Shown: in pieces, positions 1 through 9,709 of the stretch
Layout of the letters: each line of letters starts with the position of its first letter
How positions within the stretch are numbered: position 1 is the stretch's first letter
Assembly (NCBI GenBank): GCA_050250255.1
Contig: JBFWOZ010000022.1
Location: forward strand, 1-49,534
DNA from: Bdellovibrionales bacterium
GTDB taxonomy: Bacteria; Bdellovibrionota; Bdellovibrionia; Bdellovibrionales; DASUEL01
Length of the DNA stretch: 49,534 nucleotides
Reading direction: 5' to 3'
Notes under the pieces: generated by a model
Told to the model about the DNA's origin: nothing
Seen by the model: the letters and a program-made list of their open reading frames with translations, nothing else
Databases searched by the model: none
Made by a program: the position numbers and the translations under genes

Positions 1-444
1 CTTTAATGGCTGTTCTATAGATCGTTGGCCTATCTTTGTAGAATAGAAGGGCTCTGTCCAATTAGTAGGTAGCGCAATTTTATCCGTTGAAAAATTGTGT
101 GTTTGACCAAGCTTCCTTAACTCTTGAACCTCTGCAGCGTCAGATTTTTCGCCTTCTTTTTCAATCGTAATTCCTTGAATCGCAACATTTGGATTTTGTG
201 CGCGAGCCTTCTGAGTTTCGAGTTCGACAATCATTTGAATCGCATCGAGGTCATGCACATCAGCAACCGGATATACTTCGATCTCCATATGCTGGGTAAC
301 CGGCCCTTGCGGGGTCATCACCTGCTGAGGACTCGTTTCAAATTTAGTTCCCTGAATAGATTTGAAAGGGTTTGATGCTAGAACATCGAAAGACAGCGTA
401 AGACTCGTTACAAAAAAAATAAAAATGTATTTAAAAAATCCCAT
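1..444 (-). CDS. Hypothetical secreted protein, 5' part only (runs off the left edge; absent from the ORF track)
   Basis: Manual translation from ATG 444 (GGAG upstream): MGFFKYIFIFFVTSLTLSFDVLASNPFKS..., open to position 1; signal-peptide-like N-terminus. Confidence 0.8.
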   Translation of the reverse strand, partial: MGFFKYIFIFFVTSLTLSFDVLASNPFKSIQGTKFETSPQQVMTPQGPVTQHMEIEVYPVADVHDLDAIQMIVELETQKARAQNPNVAIQGITIEKEGEKSDAAEVQELRKLGQTHNFSTDKIALPTNWTEPFYSTKIGQRSIEQPLK

Positions 445-492
445 AACTCCACAAGGCACGTGCTGATTTCCCTTTGCCCTCATTCCTTTAAG

Positions 493-508
493 AGCAACCG
501 ACGTACCA
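493..508 (-). promoter_or_regulatory. Putative sigma54 (-24/-12) promoter for the CDS starting at 444
   Basis: Minus strand reads TGGTAC-N5-TTGCT against consensus TGGCAC-N5-TTGCW. Confidence 0.55.
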
Positions 509-708
509 CTCGATTTTGCTATAAGAAACAACCAGTTAGCCCTGCTCTTAAAACCTCCACTTCAGCATGAAAATCCTGCATGAGCGGTGCCCTTTTTAGG
601 CTCTTTTTAGCGTGACGTAATTGGACACCTCATTTTGTAATTTTCACTCCTCAAATACAATCCAGAATTTCATTTACACTAGTCTATAGATAACAGGAGG
701 CATGTTGA

Positions 709-1809
709 TTGCTCCTACACGCAGTCATGATGACGCCAGTTGCACGTATTCTATTTGTTGTCGCCTTGATGTTCCATTCGTTCGTCCATGCTAACGACCT
801 TGGACCCACCTTTCAAAGACCTGTTGGAGAACTCGAAATTCAACCTGCACCTCAAGTGCAAAACACCATCACCGAGCCAGATTCATTTGATCTTCTCATC
901 AAATTAAAAAGTGGAATTCTTTATAACTTTGATACCTCTACTTATGAGACTGCTTATTTGGAGCAAGTCAGTAAACTCACAGATGCAGAAAGAGTGATCT
1001 TTAGATCAAAGAGGGATCGTATTCTCAGAAGTGTCACCCGAGCTTTGTCCGTAGCAGAATTTGTTCCTGGTGTTCTGCATATGACAGAAAAATTAATTTA
1101 TCGCTACCTTGCTCCTAATCACACGCCGCACCTTCAGGAACAAGGACATCTTTGGATAGAAAGAACTTTGAGAAATATTGATCAATCACTTTTCATAAGC
1201 TCCAAGACCGTTGTTTCCGCGAAAGAGTTCGGAGTTTTTTTTGGTGGTAATATTACTGGCGGCCCAATGTTTCGACGCACAGGAATTAACGGATCCGCTT
1301 CATTGATTGGAACACTGGGGATTAACTTAGAGGCCGAAGTTGCAACGCTAAGTTTTGCGGCTATTCCTGAGCGTACTATTGAAGCCGCGCACTTAGCTCC
1401 TCCAATAGGAGGAGGCGCTGTTTTTGGTTTTTTCGCGAAAGACCCTAAAGCCCATTTACAAATAGCAAAGGGACAAGTCCTTAGCCTTCCTGGACCTTTC
1501 GGAATTGCGGCTTACAACGACTCTCTTCTTTTTAATGTTAACATGAGTCCGATGGACTGGATTTTCATGACCCAAACAAAAGCTGAAAAAATATCAAGTC
1601 CTACGCTTTCAATACCTCTACCTATCGAAGCATTCAGCGCTTTTTATAAAAAATGGAAAACTAAAGTTATTTCATTTAGCCAACCACATGTCGCTCAAGT
1701 AAAATATTATTTAGCAAAAAGACGCGCTTCATCAGAGATGGTATCTATTTTTCCATCACGACACTACTCTCTTAGAAATCAATGCGGGGGAATATTCTCT
1801 GGGAAATAA
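709..1809 (+). CDS. Hypothetical secreted protein
   Basis: 366 aa ORF; AGGAGG at 695-700, 8 nt before TTG; hydrophobic N-terminus ending VHA; AT-rich; C-terminal CGGIF. Confidence 0.75.
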   Translation: MLLHAVMMTPVARILFVVALMFHSFVHANDLGPTFQRPVGELEIQPAPQVQNTITEPDSFDLLIKLKSGILYNFDTSTYETAYLEQVSKLTDAERVIFRSKRDRILRSVTRALSVAEFVPGVLHMTEKLIYRYLAPNHTPHLQEQGHLWIERTLRNIDQSLFISSKTVVSAKEFGVFFGGNITGGPMFRRTGINGSASLIGTLGINLEAEVATLSFAAIPERTIEAAHLAPPIGGGAVFGFFAKDPKAHLQIAKGQVLSLPGPFGIAAYNDSLLFNVNMSPMDWIFMTQTKAEKISSPTLSIPLPIEAFSAFYKKWKTKVISFSQPHVAQVKYYLAKRRASSEMVSIFPSRHYSLRNQCGGIFSGK

Positions 1810-1812
1810 TTT

Positions 1813-2610
1813 TTAAGTTTTAGGAATTGCGATCCATGCTTCGTTTTTGGGGAAATCTTTAGGCCGCGGCTCACAACGTCCTTGGTCTGATAAATAAGCC
1901 GTAAGACCACACAAAAAAGCGTCGAAGGCATCGGCATTGTCGATGAGCTTTTGAATATCTTGTTGATAAAGAAAAATCATTTTCTTCGCCATCATAGCAT
2001 TAAGAAAAGCCTGTCTCGCCTCATCTAACTCAAAGGCTCGCCCATGAGTTGCGAAATGCCTCTCTTCAAGACCCAACATTTTACCAATTCGAGCGTAACT
2101 TAATTCTGGAAACACTTCGATAAAAGGAACTTTAAGACGTTTTTGAATAAAGTGAGCTCTCGCGGTTAATGGGGCCATGTTTGCGCCCAGGGCCTCATGA
2201 AGAAAATAAGGTTGCTCCATGTGCCTTTGCAGATAAATTTCGACGGCTCTCTGAGTGTAAGGGGTAAACCACTTGAGATTTTTTTTGGATTGAACTGCTT
2301 CTTCATACTCTTCACGCATCCATTTCACTTCTGGCTCTTTACACACTTCAAAGCCAGGGCACTTCAACTTGCAACCAATACACTTAGGAAACTCAAGTGG
2401 AGTATCCATCCCGACCATTTTCAAATCAGGATCAAAACTTTTCAGTGCTTCGTAGAGAAAAGTGTCGGCGGATTTTTCATGACTGCCAGTGATGTTTTCG
2501 TAAATTTGGTGAAGAAAGAGTTTTTCGTGTTGAGGATAGTACTCGATGAGGACGAGACAGGTGCGATCACTTTTCCCGCCCAGAAGCGAAAGCCCTGCAT
2601 AACGATACAT
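1813..2610 (-). CDS. DUF429-like protein (predicted RNase H-fold nuclease)
   Basis: Motifs GMDTPL, FIEVFPE, DAFDAFLCG, EAWIAIP; start trimmed to ATG 2610 to avoid overlap with the upstream kinase. Confidence 0.65.
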   Translation of the reverse strand: MYRYAGLSLLGGKSDRTCLVLIEYYPQHEKLFLHQIYENITGSHEKSADTFLYEALKSFDPDLKMVGMDTPLEFPKCIGCKLKCPGFEVCKEPEVKWMREEYEEAVQSKKNLKWFTPYTQRAVEIYLQRHMEQPYFLHEALGANMAPLTARAHFIQKRLKVPFIEVFPELSYARIGKMLGLEERHFATHGRAFELDEARQAFLNAMMAKKMIFLYQQDIQKLIDNADAFDAFLCGLTAYLSDQGRCEPRPKDFPKNEAWIAIPKT

Positions 2611-2627
2611 CGTCGCTAAAGGCGCAG

Positions 2628-3659
2628 CTATACGCCCCTTCGGTGAACTTCGAAAGCCTGCTCGGTCGGCTGTGCTTCGAGAACCTGGAAGCCGTTTTCG
2701 CGACATACCTGGGCCACACTTTCTTTCTTGGAAGGCGGGCACCACACCAAAACGCAGCCACCGCCTCCTGCTCCACATATTTTAACAGCCTCTGCGCCCG
2801 CCCGCAAAGAAACTTCCTGCAAACGCTCGATTTCCGGGCTTGAAAACACCTTAGAGATAGCCACTCGGGCCTCAAATTCTTGATTTAAAAGAGATTTTAA
2901 TTGGCCCCAATCATTTCTGTCGCAGACTCGGTGCATTTGCTCTGACACCTTTTGGAGCTGTTGAAGGGCCTTCATCGTTGAAGTGTTTCCATCAATGCAC
3001 TCTTTGAGCACTTGCCAGTTATTCATGCCCGAATGATGAGGCTTCCCGGTGTAAATAAGCAGGAACGAGGATTTAAAATCCTTCTCGGTAAAATGATGTT
3101 TTCGTATGTGGCACGCATCCATACGGTAATGAAGCGAATTTAAACCACCTAAAATAGGTGGATAATAATCTTGAGTGCCCGTTGGCATCTTGAGAACTTG
3201 TGCTTCGATATTATGCACGGTCTCCACCCATTCCGCAGGCGACCACTTTCGACCCAGCCAATGAGCAAAGGCTCCTGAAATTGTGACCGAAAGACTCGAG
3301 CTTCCACCCAATCCTCCCCCCACTGGACTTTCGGACCAGGTGGTGATTTCAAATCCTGTAGTGGGTTTCCAAAACTGAATATGTTTTTGAATCAAAGAGA
3401 AACGTTCATCTGGATCTTGAAGACATGCAGATAAGTTGCTGAACTCTTTTGTGATATTGAGATCACGCACATTTATGACAATACGACTTGATGCAAGCGG
3501 CTTAATAATACAGTGTGTGAAGATGTCGATGGCGACATTCACTGTATAGCAGTTATCGAGAAACGCATAGATGGGCCAGAGATCCAAGGTCCCACCCGCA
3601 AGATCCACTCGCGTTGGCGACTTAGCATAAATTTCGTAAGGTCCGCTATCTTGGGGCAT
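2628..3659 (-). CDS. GHMP-family sugar kinase (HddA / heptose-7-phosphate kinase-like)
   Basis: SPTRVDLAGGTLD, PVGGGLGGSS, GTQD and KICGAGGGG motifs. Confidence 0.85.
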   Translation of the reverse strand: MPQDSGPYEIYAKSPTRVDLAGGTLDLWPIYAFLDNCYTVNVAIDIFTHCIIKPLASSRIVINVRDLNITKEFSNLSACLQDPDERFSLIQKHIQFWKPTTGFEITTWSESPVGGGLGGSSSLSVTISGAFAHWLGRKWSPAEWVETVHNIEAQVLKMPTGTQDYYPPILGGLNSLHYRMDACHIRKHHFTEKDFKSSFLLIYTGKPHHSGMNNWQVLKECIDGNTSTMKALQQLQKVSEQMHRVCDRNDWGQLKSLLNQEFEARVAISKVFSSPEIERLQEVSLRAGAEAVKICGAGGGGCVLVWCPPSKKESVAQVCRENGFQVLEAQPTEQAFEVHRRGV

Positions 3660-5004
3660 CGACTTTTTCTTTCACTATTCCAGCTATGGGCAAGGTTTTA
3701 ATGGCCTCGTCGTCGACCGTGATATTTTCTTTTACAAGATTTGTGGAAACTCGAGTTTGTTGTTTCCCTTTTAATTCCTCACCAATTTTGGCCTCGAAAA
3801 GAAGCTCGTTATTTTCCCCAAAAAACTGTAGGGTCGTCTGGCTTGGAAAAGCCGTGTTATTCCCTAAAAATTCCCGCACTCTCATCTGGCTTAAGCGATT
3901 CAAAAGTAAACTCACCTGAGCCTGATCGACCTCTTTGGTGACTTTCGCTTTTTCATCGATCTTTTCTTCGAGCTTCCATTCGTTGTTTTGTTTTTGCAAA
4001 TCCGCTTTCAATAAATCCGTTTGAATTTTAATTTTTTGAACTGCGTTGACGTCAAATTTAAAAGGCGTCTCGCGGTTTCGAAAATCAGTAACGGTTTTGG
4101 CATAACCTTCTGCAAAAGCCCCAAAAACTTTGTAAATAGGCTTAAGCTGACTCACACTCACGTAGGCGTTTTTGTCTTTTTGCTCTGCACTCATGCTGAT
4201 GACAAGAAGTTCTTTTTCACCATTGAGTGTGACGTGTAATCTTACGGCGGGTTTTTGCAAACCATATTGAGCCAGATTTGCCTTGTCTTCACTCACCACT
4301 TCTTGAGCTTTCATGTTTGAAATTTGGCTCGCAAAGCTTTGAATCTGCCTTTCGTCTAATTCAAAAGAAGCATTTTCTAAACTCCACTTGCCGTCTTTTT
4401 TGACGAGTTTTGTCTTCGTGTTTTTATTGAGGCTTTCAACTAAGATTTCTTGGACCGACTCAGGATTCAAACGAAAGAGCGACGTATCGCGGAACTCTTT
4501 CATCGTTTTAGAAGCAAAAGTTTTCCAGGCCGAAGAACCTACGATGACGGCATTCTCTTGATCGCGTCTTAGGTATTGTTTGCCTTCAAGAGCTTCGTTC
4601 CCGACATGAAATACAATATTTTTCCCATCGTTAAGGCCCACCGTAAAGGATTGTGTGGTCTGTTCTAAATGATACATAGAAAAATCAATTTTCTCGTCTT
4701 CAATTTCCATATCAGACTTTTCTTTTAAGAGAGAATCCAAGAAAGTATTCACAGCGACAAAGTCGGCGCGATCCTGAACAGGGCGAGTCAAAAACCAATG
4801 ATCTCCCTCTTTTTTTATTTCAAAAGCATTCCTACCTGTAAATTCAATTCGTGTAATCTTGTCTTTCTCTACGGCAAGAATCAGCGCTTCTTTTTCTTTC
4901 GATTCTTCATCCGTTTTTCTCTTTTGAAATTCAAAAAAATAGGCGTAGCCAACTACCGCAATGGTGAGAATAAGTAAAATCCAAGTCGAGGAATGTTTTT
5001 TCAT
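3646..5004 (-). CDS. DUF4340 domain-containing periplasmic partner of the Gld-type ABC transporter
   Basis: N-terminal anchor, three internally repeated units (K-x-x-x-x-W; YGL/YHL-x-x-P/T), position downstream of GldG; start at MKKHSS. Confidence 0.75.
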   Translation of the reverse strand: MKKHSSTWILLILTIAVVGYAYFFEFQKRKTDEESKEKEALILAVEKDKITRIEFTGRNAFEIKKEGDHWFLTRPVQDRADFVAVNTFLDSLLKEKSDMEIEDEKIDFSMYHLEQTTQSFTVGLNDGKNIVFHVGNEALEGKQYLRRDQENAVIVGSSAWKTFASKTMKEFRDTSLFRLNPESVQEILVESLNKNTKTKLVKKDGKWSLENASFELDERQIQSFASQISNMKAQEVVSEDKANLAQYGLQKPAVRLHVTLNGEKELLVISMSAEQKDKNAYVSVSQLKPIYKVFGAFAEGYAKTVTDFRNRETPFKFDVNAVQKIKIQTDLLKADLQKQNNEWKLEEKIDEKAKVTKEVDQAQVSLLLNRLSQMRVREFLGNNTAFPSQTTLQFFGENNELLFEAKIGEELKGKQQTRVSTNLVKENITVDDEAIKTLPIAGIVKEKVDAPR

Positions 5005-5011
5005 AGCTACC

Positions 5012-6541
5012 CTATGCTCCTCGTCGTCTGAGCCAAATAAAGATACCCATGACGAAAAAAACAAGTGGCAACAGCACGAAGGTGATGAGGAGAATCCGCG
5101 CTTGCACTTCCGTCATCGTCATCACAGTTCCCTTAGGCATTTTAGGACGTATACTGATAAGATCTTGATCCTTCGCTAAATAAGCGACGGAATTGAGGGC
5201 CAAATCACGATTTACGCCCACGCTATCAATGGTTTGGTTTGATAGAAAATCACTGTCCCCAAAAACGACGGCGGTGAATTCTTTTGCCGCTTGATCATTC
5301 AGCTTCCCGACCGCACTCATACCAACAACGAAAGGTCCTTTAGGATCGGTTGGCAAGTTTTGAACTTCGCCCGAAATCTCTTTTTTTGCAAAGCTTGCAG
5401 GACTCGACTTTACAAGATCGTCGTGCGCAATAGTTTTGGCGGCTTCAGATTTCGAAAGACCCGCCGCTAAAAGAAAACCTGCCATCTGTCGTTGGAACTT
5501 ATTTGTAATTTCGCTTGTCTGCGAAAACTCTGTCCCGACCGCAAGTGCCGCGCTGGCCCCCACTAATGTACCCATCTGATCAACGACATATTCACTCTTA
5601 ACATCGACGCCGACGAGTTTTGCAATTTGAGCCAAATTATTTTTGGTACCTGGATCTGTCGCTAAAAACAACTTACCGCCTTTTGAGAGGTAATCACGAA
5701 CCGCCGCGATTTCAGGTTCGAACAAAGGTTGCGTTGAACCTAGGACCAATAAAACATCTGCGTCTTCAGGTATTTTTTTCTCTGTAATTAAATTGAGTGA
5801 CTTCACCACGTAACTTGAATCTTCAAGAGCTTTTTTAAAACGTGAAGCTCCAGTGGCTTCTGCGCTTTCGAGATCTTTTTCTTTATGACCGGTGAGATAA
5901 TAAATCACCTTATTCTTCTCACGACTCAAACGAATCATGGCATTGGTAAACGCCTCTTCGGTGACGTCATTAAGTGTCCAGTCTTTTCCGTTGTAGGTCA
6001 TAACAACTTCGCCAGAACCCTGGACGTTATACTTTTGCGTGAGATCTTTTCTTTTGAACGGGTCAAAGACCATCGTCTTTACATTTTTATTTTCGGCAAT
6101 ATAAAGACGAGTGAGGTCTTCAAAGATTTGTTTTTCTTGCTCATCGTTTGGAGCACCAGCACGAAAGAACCCTCGAATTTCAAGTTCCTTTTCAAGATTC
6201 TTCACAACAGTGACCGATTGATCAGAAAGTGTATTCAGCTTTTCTTCGGTGAGATCCCACTTTTTAGAACGCACATGTCCAATGTAATTCACCGCGATCA
6301 AAAGTATGATGACGAGAAGCACTGTCGCACCAAAATTCATGCCGTGTTTTGTTGTCTTCATCATAAAGATTTCTTTATAGAACTTGAAATCTTTAGAAAC
6401 GGCAGCTGCTAGGAAAACCACTGCAATGCCGAACGGAATCCATAGATCCGGTCGCCACTCCTGCAAAAAATAGCGAGTTACCACACAAATTAAAAAAGCG
6501 AGGCCGGAAAGAGAGAGTAAGACTTTACCGAGACGACTCAC
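5012..6541 (-). CDS. gldG: GldG-family ABC transporter auxiliary/periplasmic component
   Basis: WDLTEEKLNTLS, YYLTGHKE, VVFGDSDF, NRDLALN, ISIRPK and a C-terminal TM ending WLRRR; GTG start with GGAGG. Confidence 0.85.
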   Translation of the reverse strand: MSRLGKVLLSLSGLAFLICVVTRYFLQEWRPDLWIPFGIAVVFLAAAVSKDFKFYKEIFMMKTTKHGMNFGATVLLVIILLIAVNYIGHVRSKKWDLTEEKLNTLSDQSVTVVKNLEKELEIRGFFRAGAPNDEQEKQIFEDLTRLYIAENKNVKTMVFDPFKRKDLTQKYNVQGSGEVVMTYNGKDWTLNDVTEEAFTNAMIRLSREKNKVIYYLTGHKEKDLESAEATGASRFKKALEDSSYVVKSLNLITEKKIPEDADVLLVLGSTQPLFEPEIAAVRDYLSKGGKLFLATDPGTKNNLAQIAKLVGVDVKSEYVVDQMGTLVGASAALAVGTEFSQTSEITNKFQRQMAGFLLAAGLSKSEAAKTIAHDDLVKSSPASFAKKEISGEVQNLPTDPKGPFVVGMSAVGKLNDQAAKEFTAVVFGDSDFLSNQTIDSVGVNRDLALNSVAYLAKDQDLISIRPKMPKGTVMTMTEVQARILLITFVLLPLVFFVMGIFIWLRRRGA

Positions 6542-6543
6542 CG

Positions 6544-7317
6544 CTACCTCCATCGGTGGGATTCAACCACCCGTTGAGTTAAAAAACAGTAGAGTGTGAT
6601 CACACTCAGATGAAAAATGATTCCTGATAATTCCACGTTGCCTTTAACCAAATTACTAAAGTGGTAAGTTACCGCCATATGGTTTAAGACGGTTTGGGCT
6701 AAAGGAGTTTCGGCCATCGCACTTCCCCACGCCACAAACCACAACATGAGAGAAAAGATGATCGAGGTGATTCCTGCGACAATTACGGAATCCGTGAGGC
6801 TCGAACAAAAAACTCCCACCGCCACGTAAGCTGCGACAAGAAGAGTGAGTCCTAAGTAAGCTGATGCCAACGGCCCCCACTGAACATCCGCAAACGTCGC
6901 CGAAACCAGAGGGTAATAAAGCGAGATAAGAATGAGCACCAGCGCCACACCTAGCCCCGCCAAAAATTTACCAACAACAATTTGGGTTGAGGTTACGGGA
7001 CTCGTCATCAAAAGATCAAAAGATCGCATTTTCTTTTCTTCCGCAAAAAGACGCACGGTCAAAAAAGGAACGAAGAAAAAGAGCACGAGATGGACATAAG
7101 AGATGTGCCCTACAATCACTTGCGAGTGGAGATTAAGCCCACCACCCTGCCCTTGGGTTTGCATCATGTACTGAACCGAACTTTTAGCGAACTGTTCGAG
7201 CAGAATGCGATAACCAAAACTCAAAAAACCGCAGAAAAGCATCGCGATGAAATAAAATTTAGATCCAGAAAAATAGGATTTAAAATCCTTCCAAGCAATC
7301 GTACCTATCGCTCTCAT
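6544..7317 (-). CDS. gldF: GldF-like ABC-2 permease
   Basis: IAWKDFKSYF, RLFAEEKK...DLLMTSP, VVGKF; about 6 TM segments. Confidence 0.85.
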   Translation of the reverse strand: MRAIGTIAWKDFKSYFSGSKFYFIAMLFCGFLSFGYRILLEQFAKSSVQYMMQTQGQGGGLNLHSQVIVGHISYVHLVLFFFVPFLTVRLFAEEKKMRSFDLLMTSPVTSTQIVVGKFLAGLGVALVLILISLYYPLVSATFADVQWGPLASAYLGLTLLVAAYVAVGVFCSSLTDSVIVAGITSIIFSLMLWFVAWGSAMAETPLAQTVLNHMAVTYHFSNLVKGNVELSGIIFHLSVITLYCFLTQRVVESHRWR

Positions 7318-8258
7318 ACGCCACCTTGCTTTTCTTCTTCTGTTAATTTTAAGAAGATTTCTTCTAGGTTCATATCTTTTCCTCGCATCTCAATCAGTCC
7401 AGCGCCTGCCTGCACGATGACGGCCGAAATGTTTTCTGGACGATCTTCTTTTCCGTCCGTATCAATTTCAAAAGTAGTCCCGTTTAATTTTACGGCGGTC
7501 ACTCCGGTAATGTTTTTTAAATGCTGTTCGAGTTTGGAATCAGGTCGTCGAACTTTTACGGAGATACGTTTGCTTGTATGCATGCGGTCCTTCAAACCTT
7601 CAAGAGAGTCTTCTGCTACAATTTGGCCCTTATTAATAATGATGATTCTCTCGCAGGTCGCTTGAACCTCTGGAAGTATGTGCGTGGAAAGAACAATCGT
7701 GTGATGTCCTTTTAAGCGCTGGATGAGTGCACGGATCTCCGCCACTTGTTTTGGATCCAAACCTACCGTTGGCTCATCGAGAATGAGTAACTCCGGATTC
7801 GAAACGAGTGCTTGAGCAATCCCCACCCGTTGTTTGTAACCTTTTGAAAGATTTTGAATCAGACGATCACGCACCTCGGTGAGACCCGCTTTTTCCAAAG
7901 AAGCATCCACATGTGACTTCACATTCTTACTTGGTACATCTTTTAGTTTCGCGACATAGGCCAGATAATCTCGAACGTACATGTCCATATGGAGAGGTGG
8001 AGTTTCGGGAAGATAGCCAATCTTCTTTTTGACTTCGATGGGATGTTCGAACACATCGTAGTCACCGACCTTCACTTCACCATGACTTGGAGCCATGTAG
8101 CCCGTCACAATTTTCATGGTGGTCGATTTACCGGCACCGTTCGGCCCAAGGAATCCTACAACTTCACCCTTGTTCACTTTAAAATTGAGATTCTTAATTG
8201 CCGTGGTAGTGCCATACCACTTAGAAAGATTGCGTATGTCGATCATCGTCGATGCCAT
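7314..8258 (-). CDS. gldA: GldA-like ABC transporter ATP-binding protein
   Basis: Walker A GPNGAGKS, signature LSKGYKQR, Walker B LILDEP; AGGAGG before ATG 8258. Confidence 0.9.
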   Translation of the reverse strand: MASTMIDIRNLSKWYGTTTAIKNLNFKVNKGEVVGFLGPNGAGKSTTMKIVTGYMAPSHGEVKVGDYDVFEHPIEVKKKIGYLPETPPLHMDMYVRDYLAYVAKLKDVPSKNVKSHVDASLEKAGLTEVRDRLIQNLSKGYKQRVGIAQALVSNPELLILDEPTVGLDPKQVAEIRALIQRLKGHHTIVLSTHILPEVQATCERIIIINKGQIVAEDSLEGLKDRMHTSKRISVKVRRPDSKLEQHLKNITGVTAVKLNGTTFEIDTDGKEDRPENISAVIVQAGAGLIEMRGKDMNLEEIFLKLTEEEKQGGV

Positions 8259-8312
8259 TCCCTGCCTCCTGATGTACAACACTGTTTTCTGACTTAAATT
8301 TCTAAACAATAA

Positions 8313-8340
8313 ATCGTACTCCGCCCGACTGAACTGTCAA
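8313..8340 (-). promoter_or_regulatory. Putative sigma70 promoter of the gld operon
   Basis: Minus strand reads TTGACA-N16-TACGAT. Confidence 0.55.
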
Positions 8341-8367
8341 GTACCTGGAGGGAGTTAAGACATGTTT

Positions 8368-9669
8368 TTAATCGTGCCTTTTATAACGGCGGGTTTGTTT
8401 TTCGGTGACAGTGACTCGGCCCAGTTTGTCGCCCTTTAAGGGCTTCACATAACGAACTTCCGCAATAAGGACTTCAAAAAAATCTCCCGAATGGAGGTGT
8501 CGACTCGCTGTTTCCTTAACCAACCACTGGGCGGCTTTTTCTAATTCTTGCTCAGAAATCACCTGGTTCTTCGTGCGCCTCAAAATCAGGTGGGCACCAG
8601 GGCGGTCACTCAAATGCATCCAAAAATCCCAAGCCTGTGCCTGACGAAGTAGCAGAAGATTGTCTTTTGCCGATCGTCCCAAGAAGGCTTGAAGTTTTGG
8701 AGAAATTTCGAGAGTTCTCATCTTAACGGGGGTTTTAAAACGTGGAGGAGGTGGAGCTTTTTCTTCGGGCGTCGCCTCTAAGGGGTTTTTCAATTTTTCT
8801 TCGAGCTGTAGAATTTCCTGCTCGAGAACCAACATTCGCTCCTTCGTCGAAGCCATTTTTTTCTCATTCTGTTTTGCTTTTTGAAAAGTAAGCGGAATCG
8901 CTTCGGAAAGTGTCGTACCTGAAGGCAAAAGACCACTCCACTCTGAAGGAATTTTTAAAGTTTGATGTTCTTTAAGCCATTCACCGAGCTTTCTCCAGTG
9001 AAGCGCCTGCTGTTTTTGCTGCAAGTCGCTGGCCATTCTCTCTAAAGCTAACCGTTTTTTTTCGATATCTCTCTGCCATTTGACTTGCTGATTTTGCGCG
9101 GGGGTCTTTTGAGGATCAAGGAGATTCTTTTGCTTCAGCCACTGGCGGTAAAGCTCGGCTAAGCTTCTCACTTCTTGTGGCTCTCGCCCGCTTGAACTTG
9201 GCGAAAGCGGCAATGGCTTATTCCAGCTAATACTTTTTTGAATCCGCTTTTGGTGATGGTCAAAATGTACCGAATGCACGAGAACATTTTGACCGCGAGG
9301 AAAAAGCCTCAACTCTAAAACCACACTTTCTTCACCGGAACCCAAATGAAAAAGTAAAACTCGGCCCAACTCTTCGGGCGCTTCAATTTTTTGAAGCACT
9401 TTTCCTAAAGCATGCGTTTTTAAAAAAAGAAGCAGTGGTTTTTGAACCTTTGAAAGACCGCTTGGTCGTGCCACGACTTCTTCGAGCAGGAGCAGCATAG
9501 GGCAAGAGGGCTTGAGATCCACCCAGAGCCACTGAAGCTTACGACTCTCTCCGTAAAACCCTAAGCCTAGTTCGTTTTCTAATCCGTAAGTTTCCTGAAG
9601 TCTCGAACCGACCAAGGTCTGAAGGCTAAGGGCCATATGTTGAACTTCGACCTGGTTCAGTGGATCCAT
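8368..9669 (-). CDS. NFACT/RqcH-like (FbpA) ribosome quality-control protein, shortened
   Basis: C-terminal NFACT-R motifs GRSAKDNLLL, DFWMH..PGAHLI, YVKPLKG..GRV; central coiled coil. Confidence 0.8.
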   Translation of the reverse strand: MDPLNQVEVQHMALSLQTLVGSRLQETYGLENELGLGFYGESRKLQWLWVDLKPSCPMLLLLEEVVARPSGLSKVQKPLLLFLKTHALGKVLQKIEAPEELGRVLLFHLGSGEESVVLELRLFPRGQNVLVHSVHFDHHQKRIQKSISWNKPLPLSPSSSGREPQEVRSLAELYRQWLKQKNLLDPQKTPAQNQQVKWQRDIEKKRLALERMASDLQQKQQALHWRKLGEWLKEHQTLKIPSEWSGLLPSGTTLSEAIPLTFQKAKQNEKKMASTKERMLVLEQEILQLEEKLKNPLEATPEEKAPPPPRFKTPVKMRTLEISPKLQAFLGRSAKDNLLLLRQAQAWDFWMHLSDRPGAHLILRRTKNQVISEQELEKAAQWLVKETASRHLHSGDFFEVLIAEVRYVKPLKGDKLGRVTVTEKQTRRYKRHD

Positions 9670-9674
9670 GGCTT

Positions 9675-9701
9675 TAAACTTACTCCAGATTTTGCCGAGA
9701 A
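9675..9701 (+). promoter_or_regulatory. Putative sigma28 (FliA) promoter
   Basis: TAAA-N15-GCCGAGAA, one mismatch from TAAA-N15-GCCGATAA. Confidence 0.6.
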
Positions 9702-9709
9702 GAAAGACA

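Noticed and set aside
124..375. 83 aa plus-strand ORF
   Set aside because: Antisense shadow of the minus-strand CDS at 1-444, which has an RBS and signal peptide
702..794. Short Cys-rich ORF from ATG 702
   Set aside because: AGGAGG is only 1 nt from this ATG but well spaced for TTG 709, and the ORF lies within the long ORF
2611..2778. N-terminal extension of the DUF429 ORF
   Set aside because: Overlaps the GHMP kinase in another frame and has Arg-rich, non-coding-like composition
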